The notes: a model not told the origin generated them from the sequence alone. A stretch of DNA of 64,000 nucleotides from Nitrososphaerales archaeon (GCA_965197925.1 CBDAOC010000018.1:1-64000); one strand, 5' to 3'; positions 32,896 through 44,620 are shown, numbered from the stretch's first letter. Translations and numbers: made by a program.

Positions 32896-34329
32896 TTGAG
32901 TAAGGAGATAGGTATTACTACTAGGAAGAGTGACGATTTTAATGAATGGTACACACAAGTAGTCCTGAAGGCGGGACTCGTTGATTATGCACCTGTGAAA
33001 GGTTTCGTAATCTTACGTCCATACGGATATTCTATATGGGAGTCCATCAGGGATATTGCGGATGAAATGTTCAAGGAAACTGGACATCAAAATGCATTCC
33101 TTCCCGTATTGATTCCTGAAGGTCTGCTAGGTAAGGAAGCTAAACATTTTGAAGGTTTCAGTCCTGAAGTGTTTTGGGTAACTCATTCTGGGAATGATGA
33201 ACTTTCTGAACGTTTGGCATTGAGACCTACATCAGAAACATTGGCATATGAAACATTTTCAAATTGGGTACGTTCCTATAGAGATCTTCCATTAAAACTG
33301 AACTTCTGGAACACTGCTTTACGTGCAGATATCAAAGGAACAAAGCCTTTGATACGCACCTCAGAATTTTTGTGGCAAGAAGGACACACGGTTCATGCTA
33401 AAGAGGAAGAAGCGAAGGAAGAGGTCATGATCATACAAGAGATTTACAAGTCAATTATTGAAAATTATTTGGCAATTCCTGTTATAGTTGGGGGTAAGAG
33501 TGACAAGGAAAAGTTTGTTGGTGCCCTTTATACCAATACATTAGAAGCTTTAATGGCTGATGGAAAGGCACTACAGATGGGCACTTCCCATAATTTGGGT
33601 CAAAATTTCTCTAAGACCTTCAACATTAAATATTTGGGCATCGATAATAAAGAGCATTATGCATGGCAGACGTCTTGGGGAATATCATGGCGCTTGATAG
33701 GTGCATTAACAATGGTTCATGGAGATGACAAGGGACTTGTACTACCCCCTAGAGTTGCTCCAATCCAAGTTGTAATCATACCAATATTATATGGCGAGAA
33801 AAATAAATCACTGATTCTAGAGAAAGCAAAAGAGATTAATGAATTATTGTCAGGCCTCAAGGTGTACCTTGACGATAGAAAGGAGTTTACACCTGGATAC
33901 AAATTTAATGATTGGGAGATGAAAGGCGTACCATTACGTTTAGAGATCGGCCCAAAGGATTTGGAAAAGAATTCAGTTATGCTCGTTAGGCGTGATACAG
34001 GTGAAAAAGTGAGTGTTGAAAGCAATCAAGTAACAAGCCAAGTAATAACAGTTCTGCAACAGATACAAGATAATCTGTATAAAATAGCTAAGGACTTGCT
34101 TAACAGGAATGTTCATGTTGTCAGTGAGTATGGCAAATTCAAAGAGATGATCAGCAATGGTGGATTCGTTAAAGCATCATGGTGTGGCAATCTGGAATGC
34201 GAGGAGAAGATCAAAGGAGAAACAGGAGCTGATATTCGAGTAATACCAATTAATCATGATCCACTTTCAACCTGTATCTACTGCAAGAAAGAAGGTAAGT
34301 ATGTGGCTTATTTTGCAAAGGGTTATTGA
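32896..34329 (+). CDS. proS: Proline--tRNA ligase (archaeal/eukaryal type)
   Basis: LRPTSET, EFLWQEGHT, GTSHNLGQNF, C-terminal FAKGY. Confidence 0.97.
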   Translation: MSKEIGITTRKSDDFNEWYTQVVLKAGLVDYAPVKGFVILRPYGYSIWESIRDIADEMFKETGHQNAFLPVLIPEGLLGKEAKHFEGFSPEVFWVTHSGNDELSERLALRPTSETLAYETFSNWVRSYRDLPLKLNFWNTALRADIKGTKPLIRTSEFLWQEGHTVHAKEEEAKEEVMIIQEIYKSIIENYLAIPVIVGGKSDKEKFVGALYTNTLEALMADGKALQMGTSHNLGQNFSKTFNIKYLGIDNKEHYAWQTSWGISWRLIGALTMVHGDDKGLVLPPRVAPIQVVIIPILYGEKNKSLILEKAKEINELLSGLKVYLDDRKEFTPGYKFNDWEMKGVPLRLEIGPKDLEKNSVMLVRRDTGEKVSVESNQVTSQVITVLQQIQDNLYKIAKDLLNRNVHVVSEYGKFKEMISNGGFVKASWCGNLECEEKIKGETGADIRVIPINHDPLSTCIYCKKEGKYVAYFAKGY

Positions 34330-34508
34330 TATAAACTCAAAATTTGAAAATCAAATCTTTAATTTGTTGATGAATTACACTGGAATTATCTTTACACATT
34401 ATTCTGTTAACATTGAATCCAAAGCGATCTGAATAACTTCTCAAAAAATAAAACGATTAATAGATTAAGTTTTTCAAAAGGCTTATAAATAACTCTGAGG
34501 GTAGTTTG

Positions 34509-34580
34509 TTTATACAAGACCGAGCGCAGAGAGAAGCACGAAGTCAAGGTACTGCTTTTTTCTTCCCTTGATTGTGTAAA
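34509..34580 (+). promoter_or_regulatory. Long-hairpin 5' leader of the DEAD-box helicase gene
   Basis: TATA box CTTATAAATA about 34483; stems TATACAA/TTGTGTA, CGAG/CTTG, AGAGAGAAGCA/TGCTTTTTTCT. Confidence 0.6.
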
Positions 34581-34592
34581 AAGTGAAAAAAA

Positions 34593-35825
34593 TTGAAAAG
34601 TTTCAAAGATTTAGGAGTAAAAAGTGAGATACTGAAAGCTATAAATGAAGCAGGATTTACAGAACCATTTCCTATACAAGTAGAAGCAATTCCCGTTATG
34701 CTGAAGAGAGGAGATATTATTGGTCAGGCTCATACCGGTACAGGAAAGACGGCAGCTTTTGGAATACCGATACTACAACAAATGAAGCCTAACATACCTG
34801 TTCAGGCATTGGTCCTTTCACCGACAAGGGAGCTTGCTTTGCAGGTAACAAATGAAATCAAGAGATTTGCGAAATATATACCAGTAAAAGTAGTAACGAT
34901 TTATGGCGGACAGAGCATTAACATCCAGTTTCAGGCCTTAAAGCATGGACCAAATATTGTTGTAGCAACTCCAGGTCGGTTGATGGATCATGTGAGACGT
35001 CGTTCAATTTCACTTGGGAATATAAAATTTGTTGTTCTTGATGAAGCCGATAAGATGTTAGATATGGGCTTTATTGAGGATATCCAGTACATACTTGATT
35101 TGTTGCCTAGAGATAAACAGGTAAGTTTGTTTTCTGCTACCATGCCAAACGACATAGTTAGAATCTCCGAAAGATACATGTATGAACCCCATAAATTATT
35201 GATCGACAATGATGAGTTGAGTGTAGATACTATAAAGCAATCATATTTGATAGTAGACGGAAGAGACAAACTTGAACATCTTTGCAACCAATTATCAAAG
35301 ATTAAGGATCAGACGATAATATTCTGTGCAACAAAACAAAGGACTAGAAATTTGGCTCAAGATTTACGACAAAAAGGATACAAGGTAGATGCTCTACATG
35401 GAGACCTTAGGCAGAGCAGGCGGGACGATGTTATGAACAGATTCAGAAAGGGTATGGATGACATACTCATTGCTACAGATATAGCGGCAAGGGGAATTGA
35501 TGTTCCTAAAGTCGGACATGTAATAAATTACGATGTTCCTAACGAGTCGAACATGTACTTCCATAGAATAGGAAGGACGGCTAGGGCAGGAGGATCAGGA
35601 GTGGCTTTTACTCTTGTGTCAAGAATTGATCAGGAATCATTCAACAGTGTACTAATGTCCACTAAAGTGCCGATAAAGAGGATGAATGAAGAGCTTGGAA
35701 TAGAAATCAAGATGGGCGAAGCGCCAAGGAAGAATTATGGTTATTCAAAGAACAATAGAAATCGGTTCTCAAAACAGCGTGGAGGCCATCAAAAACACTA
35801 TTACGGATTAAAGAGTAGATGGTAA
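34593..35825 (+). CDS. DEAD-box RNA helicase
   Basis: Q motif, AHTGTGKT, PTRELA, DEAD, SAT, HRIGRTARAG. Confidence 0.96.
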   Translation: MKSFKDLGVKSEILKAINEAGFTEPFPIQVEAIPVMLKRGDIIGQAHTGTGKTAAFGIPILQQMKPNIPVQALVLSPTRELALQVTNEIKRFAKYIPVKVVTIYGGQSINIQFQALKHGPNIVVATPGRLMDHVRRRSISLGNIKFVVLDEADKMLDMGFIEDIQYILDLLPRDKQVSLFSATMPNDIVRISERYMYEPHKLLIDNDELSVDTIKQSYLIVDGRDKLEHLCNQLSKIKDQTIIFCATKQRTRNLAQDLRQKGYKVDALHGDLRQSRRDDVMNRFRKGMDDILIATDIAARGIDVPKVGHVINYDVPNESNMYFHRIGRTARAGGSGVAFTLVSRIDQESFNSVLMSTKVPIKRMNEELGIEIKMGEAPRKNYGYSKNNRNRFSKQRGGHQKHYYGLKSRW

Positions 35826-36402
35826 TCCGTAGATATTTTTCAACTATTACCGCCTATCGTTAAATGATTTTTGTTGTTTGGAATTGGGATTAATAAGGGA
35901 TATCCGAAAGTAGAATCCTTTTCAAATCTTTGAGAGATTTAAAGACAAGCTGCAGGGTCACATTTTTTATTGGTATAGATTGTAAGTTTAGTTGAGAAAT
36001 GTCCTTTACCTCATGAATTCTTTAACTGACGGTATTATATCATCCTAGTCAAATACCTCACCCAGCAAGATGTACATATTAGGACAGATCCAACCTTCCT
36101 ATTAGGAAAGTTAGACAAGCCGTGATTCGTTTTTTAGATTCCTCTACCCTACGTATACCGTTGAAAAATCCTAACAGACAAGAAATAATCAAGACTTAAT
36201 GTTGATAGCAAAGACAATTGACCTATTGTCTACTCTGTAGGACCTTTCACCTGCATTTGATCCTTCCTTAATTTTTAAACCTATTTTGGGAGACTGGTAT
36301 TAACTATGGCCAATGTAAAAATTTTGAGAATAGTCTAATAATTACATTGGCCCATGGTTTTCACAACTGAAGAAGATCATAGAAACAAGAATAAAATAAA
36401 AC

Positions 36403-37002
36403 CTAGCTGTATGTTTTGACATTCCCAGATACAAATTTGTTGCCAGTAATTAAAAATCTCCACTGCTTATTCACCGCTAACCTTATACCTATTCTGGGGG
36501 TAGCTTTTATGGAAGAACGATTTATTGGTAGACCTTCTAGGATATACATATTCCCTTTTCTTGTAATATCTGTCCCATTGTGTTTTTTGTTCACATTTAA
36601 CGCATTTGTAAGTTTTCCAGGACCATTTGTTAAATTATAAAAGTCGTCAATTTTTCGAAATTTTTGCATATGCCCTATGCCCATAATTGGTTCAATCGCT
36701 CTTATTAAAACGGCGCCTGCAGGAAAAGTATCTTCCTTTGCCACTATATTTAAGCAGTAATGAATTCCATATGTGATGTAAACATAAGCAAGACCAACCT
36801 CACCAAACATAACACCATTCCTTTCAGTTTTGCCATTGTGCGAATGACTGGCAGGATCATCGATTGATCTGTAGGCTTCACTCTCAACTATAATTCCAGA
36901 TAAGAGGTTTCCATCTATGACCCTAACTAATATATTTCCTAAGATCGCTTTAGCGACATCGACAGTATTCCTTTTATAAAATTCTCTTGGTATAATTTTC
37001 AT
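36403..37002 (-). CDS. 3-methyladenine DNA glycosylase (MPG)
   Basis: IVESEAY, DPASHS, YVYITYGIHYCLN, AVLIRA, GPGKL, PRIGI. Confidence 0.93.
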   Translation of the reverse strand: MKIIPREFYKRNTVDVAKAILGNILVRVIDGNLLSGIIVESEAYRSIDDPASHSHNGKTERNGVMFGEVGLAYVYITYGIHYCLNIVAKEDTFPAGAVLIRAIEPIMGIGHMQKFRKIDDFYNLTNGPGKLTNALNVNKKHNGTDITRKGNMYILEGLPINRSSIKATPRIGIRLAVNKQWRFLITGNKFVSGNVKTYS

Positions 37003-37583
37003 AGAAATTCATCTAAAGAGTTTTTCTTTAATTCAAGTTTTTTGAATTTAGCGACCAGTTCATCTATATCTTTCATGAATACTGGTTTCAACCGCGGATT
37101 ATAAATCACAGCCGCCGGATGTACTGTCAAAAAGTAAAATCTGTTTTCATGGAGAATGAATTTTCCCCGGTTTGATGTTATTGAACGACCTTTAAGAAGG
37201 GCTTGATATGCGGTTCTACCTAGAATACAGATAATTTTTGGGCAAATCAATTTGATCTGTCTATCAAGGTATGGTCTACATGAATCTCTTTCTTCGTCTG
37301 TAGGTACTCTGTTACTAGGCGGTCTACATTTTACCAAATTTGTAATGAAAACGCTTTCACGTGAAAGCCCTGCCTCTAACAATGCTTCAGTCAATATTTT
37401 TCCTGCAACACCAACAAATGGTTTTCCTTGCTCATCCTCATTTCTTCCAGGGGCTTCACCTATGAACATAAGTTTTGCCAAACTACTACCCTCTCCCGGC
37501 ACGGCGTTTTTTCTGTCTTTGCACAATCTGCATAATGTGCAATCCTTGACTTCATTTCTAATAATTTCAAGAGTCTCTACCAT
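36999..37583 (-). CDS. udg: Family 4 uracil-DNA glycosylase
   Basis: CTLCRL, IGEAPG, PFVG, NLVKCRPP, HPAA. Confidence 0.95.
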   Translation of the reverse strand: MVETLEIIRNEVKDCTLCRLCKDRKNAVPGEGSSLAKLMFIGEAPGRNEDEQGKPFVGVAGKILTEALLEAGLSRESVFITNLVKCRPPSNRVPTDEERDSCRPYLDRQIKLICPKIICILGRTAYQALLKGRSITSNRGKFILHENRFYFLTVHPAAVIYNPRLKPVFMKDIDELVAKFKKLELKKNSLDEFL

Positions 37584-37699
37584 TAAATTATATACATATA
37601 TTGATAAACATACTAATTAATAATTTGTTACCTTAGATCTTGTACTAATTTGATACCTACGAAAAAAACCGTCACGCACTAATATTTGATTGACACTTT

Positions 37700-39124
37700 T
37701 TATCTAACACTCTTCACAGTTGCAGTCCCTCTTATGTATGGCCCACCATTTCCCATTCGCATCGTTTGCATTGGATCTCCTTTTCCACAATTCAAAATGG
37801 GCCTGATTTCTAATTCCTTGCTACATGCATCGATTGAGCTGAAGAATTCTGGAGCTATCCCCGTTACTATGATATCTCGCAGGAGATCCGCAATTTCTCC
37901 ATCTTTAATTTTATATGCATATTGGCATGAAATACTCCAGTTGTAGCGCATCATATCTATAGACGGGACCTTCATATTGCAAATAAAATAACCATCTTTA
38001 AGATCCTTGATCATTTCAAAATGATCCCAGTCGCCAGCATTGATGTATGTATTTGCCATTCTTATTAAAGGCATGAACTCATAACCTGTTGCTCTCATTC
38101 CTGAATTTGGTACTGAATTGAACTTTGTTGCGGTTTCCCTACTGTGTATATATTCGTGTAATATACCATTATTGATTAATATTTTTTCCTTGGATCTTAC
38201 ACCTTCATCGTCATATTTGTAGTGACCAAGACTTTGTTCCATAGTTGGATTATCAGAAACCGTAAGAACATCAGATCCTACCCTCTGACCTGTCTTCCCA
38301 GCCCACCAAGCACCTCCAGCCCAGGCCATCTCATACCCCAACACCCTGTCAGCTTCTGATGGATGTCCGAGAATTTCATGGGTGAGCAAAGCAACAAAAT
38401 CTGGATTCATCACTACTTTTGCTTTATCCTCCTTCACTTGTTTAGCATTTAGTAATTCCGTTGCCTTTAGTGCAACATCTTCAGCAGTCTTTCGTACATC
38501 AGAATAATCAATTAACATCTCTATGCCTCCACGACCACCCTCCGTTCCAGATACACTCTGTGTAAGGCCCGAGTCATGAGCAGTTGCTGAGAGGTTAGTT
38601 ATAGTATCAACATACTTTTGTAGGATCTTGGAACCATCGCTACTTACAAAGAATTTTTCTTCATCCCTATAACCTATTGAGACTGATGATTTGTTAATTT
38701 TCTGGCTAGTTTCCCTAATTATCTTATCACAATCCCTTGATAACTGTAAAAGTTCTTCCATTGACCCGCGGGGATCCTTCTTGCAGGAGTAAATCACTTT
38801 ATCAGTGAAGGACTTTACATCGGCTAAGACAACTTTATCCTTCTGGTATCTACTAGAACTTTTGGCCAGCTTGAATGCCTGCTCAGCTGCAGTAATAACA
38901 TCTCCAATGGTATTTGGATTCGTAGACGCATAGAATCCCCATGCACCATCAACTAGCACACGTATACCGATCCCAGAGTTCTGTCTCGAAGCGAAATGCT
39001 CTATAGAGCCATTTTCAATCAATAACCCTTTGTCAGTACTAACTTCAAATCGAGCATCTGCATAGCTAGCTCCTAAACTCCTTGCATGATCAATGGCTTT
39101 AAGCGCAAAATCTTCTGTGCTCAC
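37700..39124 (-). CDS. tldD: TldD/PmbA-family metalloprotease (TldD)
   Basis: HEILGHPSEADR, DDEG, RMANTY, CGKG. Confidence 0.93.
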   Translation of the reverse strand: MSTEDFALKAIDHARSLGASYADARFEVSTDKGLLIENGSIEHFASRQNSGIGIRVLVDGAWGFYASTNPNTIGDVITAAEQAFKLAKSSSRYQKDKVVLADVKSFTDKVIYSCKKDPRGSMEELLQLSRDCDKIIRETSQKINKSSVSIGYRDEEKFFVSSDGSKILQKYVDTITNLSATAHDSGLTQSVSGTEGGRGGIEMLIDYSDVRKTAEDVALKATELLNAKQVKEDKAKVVMNPDFVALLTHEILGHPSEADRVLGYEMAWAGGAWWAGKTGQRVGSDVLTVSDNPTMEQSLGHYKYDDEGVRSKEKILINNGILHEYIHSRETATKFNSVPNSGMRATGYEFMPLIRMANTYINAGDWDHFEMIKDLKDGYFICNMKVPSIDMMRYNWSISCQYAYKIKDGEIADLLRDIIVTGIAPEFFSSIDACSKELEIRPILNCGKGDPMQTMRMGNGGPYIRGTATVKSVR

Positions 39125-39230
39125 AACAAGGTTATCATGGTGATATGATAAAAATCAACTTGTCGATGTTTGAAAGACAATATCGCTTATAAAGAAGTGA
39201 AAATAAGTATAAAAAAGAGGTATCACTGTC

Positions 39231-40388
39231 ATGCGAATATTACAGACATCCGATAATCATCTAGGCCAGGTTGGCTATTCTAGAGTGGATCCTGAGACTG
39301 GTCTTAACTCCCGTGGTCTTGATTATTTAAATTCTTTCAGGACCATAGGAAAGATGGCCCTGACTGAACACGTAGATATTTTTGTTATCGCTGGCGATTT
39401 ATTTGCAAATTCCAACCCATATCATTATTATATGTTGGAAGTTACACGAATATTGAAACGCTTATCAAAGGCTGGAATAATGACTCTAATAGTAAGTGGT
39501 AATCGTGATAGACCAAGTACCATTTCTGGACTTAATCCCTTGACTATTCTGAGTGAAATTGAAAACGTCTTTATCGCAACCGAGCCGAGCACTTTCATTC
39601 TTGGAAGTTATGACTTTGTATGCGTCCCTGCACCCCTGAAGTTTGATGAAATTGGCAAAGAGTTCCCTTCTTTGCTTGATATAGCCTTGGAAAAATCAAG
39701 TTCTGACAAGAAAATACTTGTTGGACATATACCGATTGCGGGAGCGCAAACTGGTTCAGAGCAACTGGTAGAATCTTTTGGCGGTGAATATGTAAAGCCC
39801 CATCAGATTCCCAACAAGTTTTCATACATTGCTCTAGGTCACATGCACAAATTCCAACAGATAGAGAATGTACTTCCGATGTTCTATTCGGGTTCTTCTG
39901 AGCGTTTTGATTTTGGAGAGGAGGCCCTTGATAAATATGCTCTTCTTGTAGAACTAGAGAACGGAATTAAAGTAAAACCAGTTAGATTACCAATAAGAAA
40001 AATGATTACTGTAATAGATTTTGACTGTTCGGGTTCCTCTAGGTCAAAGATAGAAAAATTTGTTTTAGATTCAATTGACATAAGAACCAAGGAATTAAAA
40101 AATACAATTGTAAGGATCAAACTCGAAGAGATAGACCTACACGAAAATAGTGCAATAAATTGGGAACCAATAATAGAGAAACTAAAAGAGTGTCGGGTTT
40201 TCGATTTCAAGATACAGGCACAAACAACTGTTGCGTTGTCAGAATCCAGCTTGCTGGGCGAGCATTACATTTTGCCCCCAACAGATGAACTTGAACTTTA
40301 CTTAAAGAGTAATAGGAAATATGTTAATAAGACACAAACAATTTCGAAAATTGGTGGAGAAATAATAAAGAGGTCTATGAAAGAATGA
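39231..40388 (+). CDS. Mre11/SbcD-like metallophosphoesterase nuclease (GNRD variant)
   Basis: SDNHLG, AGDLF, GNRD, ALGHMH, YSGS; overlaps the Rad50-like gene (ATGA). Confidence 0.88.
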   Translation: MRILQTSDNHLGQVGYSRVDPETGLNSRGLDYLNSFRTIGKMALTEHVDIFVIAGDLFANSNPYHYYMLEVTRILKRLSKAGIMTLIVSGNRDRPSTISGLNPLTILSEIENVFIATEPSTFILGSYDFVCVPAPLKFDEIGKEFPSLLDIALEKSSSDKKILVGHIPIAGAQTGSEQLVESFGGEYVKPHQIPNKFSYIALGHMHKFQQIENVLPMFYSGSSERFDFGEEALDKYALLVELENGIKVKPVRLPIRKMITVIDFDCSGSSRSKIEKFVLDSIDIRTKELKNTIVRIKLEEIDLHENSAINWEPIIEKLKECRVFDFKIQAQTTVALSESSLLGEHYILPPTDELELYLKSNRKYVNKTQTISKIGGEIIKRSMKE

Positions 40389-42880
40389 AGTTCAAAAGAC
40401 TAATGGTAAAAGGTTTTATGCGATTCAAGGAACAACAAGAAGTAATTTTTCCAGAAAACCAAATAACTCTGATATTTGGCGAAAATGGGGCTGGTAAAAC
40501 ATCTCTTCTTGATGCGATCTGCATTGCTCTTTATGGTAAAACATTTAGGACCTCATCAGACCCTGAAGTTGGGTTTCTTACTATACCTGATTTGGTAAAT
40601 CGTGATTCTACAAAAGCATCTATACATATAGAATTTGAGAATTATGGTCATAATTTTGTTGTTAAACGTGAAATAACAAGGAATGAATCTGAAGGAGAAT
40701 TGCTTGAAGACGGAGAAGTAAAAGCCCAAGGCGAGGACGTTTTTAGCTATGTAACTAAAAATGCTCTAGGTTTAGACTGGAAAGGGTTCACGAAATCCAC
40801 AGTGATACTTCAAGGAGAGATGAATACTCTAACGAGTGCACTCCCGGCCACTAGGAAGGAGGCCTTTGTTAATTTATTTGGGCTCGACAAGTATGCTGAT
40901 TATGAACTCATTGCGAGACTCGAATTGGAAAGACAGAATGTATCTATCAAAGAGCTGGAAACAGCGAATGAAATTCTTGTTAATGAAGTTGCATTGTTGC
41001 CTAAGGTCACAAACTCCATTAAACATTTAGGTAAAGAGATAACCAAACTAGAACAGCTGAAAACAAATTCTGGCAAGCAAGTGAAACGGCTTACAAAGTT
41101 AGAAGGGCATTTGGATAAAGGCTATAAGAGGTATATAGCATTAAACGGGAAGGTCGATAACGTTGATAAACTGATATTTGATCTCGAAAAGAGGATTAAA
41201 ACAAAAACAAACGTTCTAGTACAACTAACTCCTACTCAAAGTAAATTTCCTTCTATTAAGAAAGCATATGGTGAACTTGTTGCAATAACACACTCCTTGA
41301 AAACTATGAGATCATTGAAGTTACGATATGAAGGGTTACAGAACCAACTGGAATCACTAGAGGGTTTAATCAGGGAAAAAAATGAAAAACTTGAATTAAT
41401 ACAAGACAAGACCAAAATATCAGAGGATATAATCAATAAGCTAAAGAAACAGATTCCTTCTCCAAAAGAAGTTATGAGTGTAAAAGAAGAGATGATAAGG
41501 CTTAACCGAAAAAAAGTGGAACTTGAAGCAAAGCAATATCAGCTTACTACAGTACTAAACGTTGAGATACGTTCTGTGAATGAATTGAACGCAAATATGA
41601 TCAAGATCGAAAGCAAACGCCTATGTCCAATTTGCACGCAGAAGATACTTGATATTAAAGGTTTATTGAAAAATTATACTAAAAAAATCAGATCCATTGA
41701 AGCAGATGCCAAAAGGAAACAATCTAGGTCAAATTCTATATCTTTAGAATTAAAAAAAGTAGATCAAAAACTTGGCTCTCTAAAAGACCTCAAGAACAAA
41801 TTAGAAGGAACATTTAGCAAGGAGGGTGAGCTAATTGAGGAAGTTAAGAGACTTGATACTATGAATAGTGAAAGGAATAAAATGAATAAAGAAATTACTC
41901 CTCTTTTGAAGAAGATTGACCAATTGAAGAAGCGATTGAAATCTTTGGGTTTTGATGTGAGAGAGTATAATTCGATGGAACAGAAATTCAATTCATTAAC
42001 CCAAGTGAAAGCCACTGCTAACTACTTTGATGCACAAGCCAAACTAAAACAGCTACCAAAATTGAAGGCGGAGGTTGGTAGTTTAAATTTGGGCTTGTCA
42101 AAAATGGAGAAAGAGAGAAAGAATCTGATTTCAGAAATTAAAAAACTTAGGGATATAGAGAATAGATTTTCTGCTCTGAAGGAAGAATTTCAATCGAGAA
42201 GAAATATTTACGACCAAAACTTGGTCACTCTTGTGAAGGAACAGACTAACTATAAAGCCCTAACAAATCAGCTTTTTGAACTGAAAAACAAGGAAACAAA
42301 ACTGCAGAATAACGAAGACAATATTGAAAAACTACGAAAAGACGCTTCTGTGTACGAAGATTTGATACTTATATTTAGGAAGATTCCAGAAAATATCTTG
42401 AAACGGGTTGTGCCATTTGTTGAAAAGGAAAGCACTGCTGTGATTAACGAACTATCAGAGCATGCAATAACTGCAATCAATATTGACAGTGAAAAATTTG
42501 ATATCCGTGCTTCCATGGGGGGTGAGATAAGGCCTTTACAATATTTTTCTGGTGGTCAGCAGACCAGAATAAACCTGGCTTTACGGGTAGCCATTTCGAG
42601 AATACTGAGCAGGATGCCACATGGAGAAGCCAAAGCATTAGATATGATTCAGACAATTTTCATCGATGAAGGCGACTTTGGTAACTTGGATGAAGTTGGT
42701 GTTAGGGATACTGTTGGCGTTCTGAACAATCTAATCAAAGGGTTCAGTAGGCTGATACTCATTAGCCATCTTGATAGCGTTAGAAACAGCTTTCAAGGCT
42801 TTTCGGTTGAGATTATCAAAACGACTCCCTCGCAGAGCATGATCAATACATCTTCAGCAGCTTTATACGTTGAAAATTAG
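40385..42880 (+). CDS. Rad50/SbcC-like SMC ATPase
   Basis: GENGAGKT, Q-loop, coiled coil with CPIC Zn hook, FSGGQ, IFIDEG, ISH. Confidence 0.92.
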   Translation: MKFKRLMVKGFMRFKEQQEVIFPENQITLIFGENGAGKTSLLDAICIALYGKTFRTSSDPEVGFLTIPDLVNRDSTKASIHIEFENYGHNFVVKREITRNESEGELLEDGEVKAQGEDVFSYVTKNALGLDWKGFTKSTVILQGEMNTLTSALPATRKEAFVNLFGLDKYADYELIARLELERQNVSIKELETANEILVNEVALLPKVTNSIKHLGKEITKLEQLKTNSGKQVKRLTKLEGHLDKGYKRYIALNGKVDNVDKLIFDLEKRIKTKTNVLVQLTPTQSKFPSIKKAYGELVAITHSLKTMRSLKLRYEGLQNQLESLEGLIREKNEKLELIQDKTKISEDIINKLKKQIPSPKEVMSVKEEMIRLNRKKVELEAKQYQLTTVLNVEIRSVNELNANMIKIESKRLCPICTQKILDIKGLLKNYTKKIRSIEADAKRKQSRSNSISLELKKVDQKLGSLKDLKNKLEGTFSKEGELIEEVKRLDTMNSERNKMNKEITPLLKKIDQLKKRLKSLGFDVREYNSMEQKFNSLTQVKATANYFDAQAKLKQLPKLKAEVGSLNLGLSKMEKERKNLISEIKKLRDIENRFSALKEEFQSRRNIYDQNLVTLVKEQTNYKALTNQLFELKNKETKLQNNEDNIEKLRKDASVYEDLILIFRKIPENILKRVVPFVEKESTAVINELSEHAITAINIDSEKFDIRASMGGEIRPLQYFSGGQQTRINLALRVAISRILSRMPHGEAKALDMIQTIFIDEGDFGNLDEVGVRDTVGVLNNLIKGFSRLILISHLDSVRNSFQGFSVEIIKTTPSQSMINTSSAALYVEN

Positions 42881-43329
42881 TTTTTATAAATAATCTATTG
42901 GGTCGATGAGTTAAGGCCCACATAATCTTCAAATTAGAATTTTTGGATCCATTGAATTCGCTTGTGGAGTCTATGGGTAGTGGGTGTAATGAATAAGAAA
43001 ATTTACAGGTTGGGTGATGGAACACTAGTTAATTCTTAATTTGGGTTGATTAAAAAATTAAATTTAACTAAAAAACAAAAAATAAAACCAATACCTCAGA
43101 AAAGTGAGTCATGGTGGATTGAATTGATTCATAATCAAGCAAGTTCGGTAACAATTCTATTGACTTGGGGTGCTTTGATCATTCTTATGTTGTATCTTGG
43201 TGCTCTGAAATGTAGCAAAACCCTTTTCACAAACTCTGATTGTTTATCTACTAAATTTATCAATATATTTAAGCTATAATCAATAAATTGTGTACCACAA
43301 TCTGCGTTAGGGTGTCTTAACAAATATTT

Positions 43330-44422
43330 GAGGCATGGGCATTATTCCATATAACAAAAATAACTTGATGCCTCTGATTGATTAACTTCCCAACATGTGC
43401 TTCAATGCCCTTAATGGTCTTCCTGTCAAGTAGTTGTAGTATACCATCAGCTGGTATAGCAATATAGAAATCAGAACGATGCTCCTAGCTTTATCGAACC
43501 CTCTAACAGGTAGTTGGGTCTATATCAAATACATCCTTTATCTGCTCTGTCAATGGTTCAACGCTTATGCTCCTCCGAGAATATACATGCTCAAATTCCG
43601 ATTGATAGAACTGCAGCAATGCCAGTCTATTATTATCTGTAGTATGCCTATACCTTTCCAATGGGAATACCAGTAGATGCCCTCTATACCTGCTGAAATC
43701 ACATAACTTGTGATCATCATATCCTTCATCTTCTACAACATACCTTACCATTCCTGTAGGCAATGAAGATGTTATGCTTTCATACATCTTGTTATCAGTA
43801 ATGTTAGCTGTTGTGAAATCAGCTGATAATGGAACTATCAACGAACCTGTGCTACATGCTAGATGCAGTTTGTATCCGAATATCCATCCCTTGGTTCTGC
43901 TGAATCCCCATCGAGCATCTGTATCTATACCTGAGCGTGGCACTTCATTCTTCTTCATGTTTGATCTATGCCATACATGTCCCTTTGCTTTCAACAATGA
44001 ACTGTCAACGGATATTATGGCTGGGTCTACCAACCCATCTTTTATGAAGAGTATACCCATAACATCTGTCCTTGATCTTATGTCAATTGATACGGCCTTG
44101 ACCTTCTGTCGAATGTTCTTCTGTCTGGCAACCTATCAAGACCACATGATTCCATAACTCTCCTGTTGTATGGTATGTCTATCGAATAGTATTCATGCAA
44201 AGCATTGTTGCTTGGTATTCTTACCCATACTCTAACGATGAAGCATCTACCATAACTGTAGGAGAATAGTAGAATGGTCTACCTCTTTTCCTATTAGGTT
44301 TTGACTAGAATCACGTCAATCAAAAATAATATACGAAGGAGTATGGAGTCTGAGCTAAACATATCAACAATAAAAACTAGAACCTGATCTTATCGTTTCG
44401 AACTAAATTACGCCCAAGCCTC
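43330..44422 (-). mobile_element. Type B IS copy 2, degraded transposase
   Basis: Ends GAGGCATGGGCATTATT / AATTACGCCCAAGCCTC; highly similar to 9707-10800; eroded TSD AAATATTT/AGATAATT. Confidence 0.9.
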
Positions 44423-44620
44423 AGATAATTAATAGGATTAATCACACATGAAATGATTAAATTTTGTTTTATTTATTGCAGTCATATACTTGAGATCAAC
44501 AGCTTCAATTCAAATAATAATATTGGTTGAAATAGATCAATTAATGTTACGGAATTAGGATTTCGTTGAAATACTATCAAATAAGATGCTTTTGCAAAAA
44601 TAGTGAACCTGGATTGTGAG

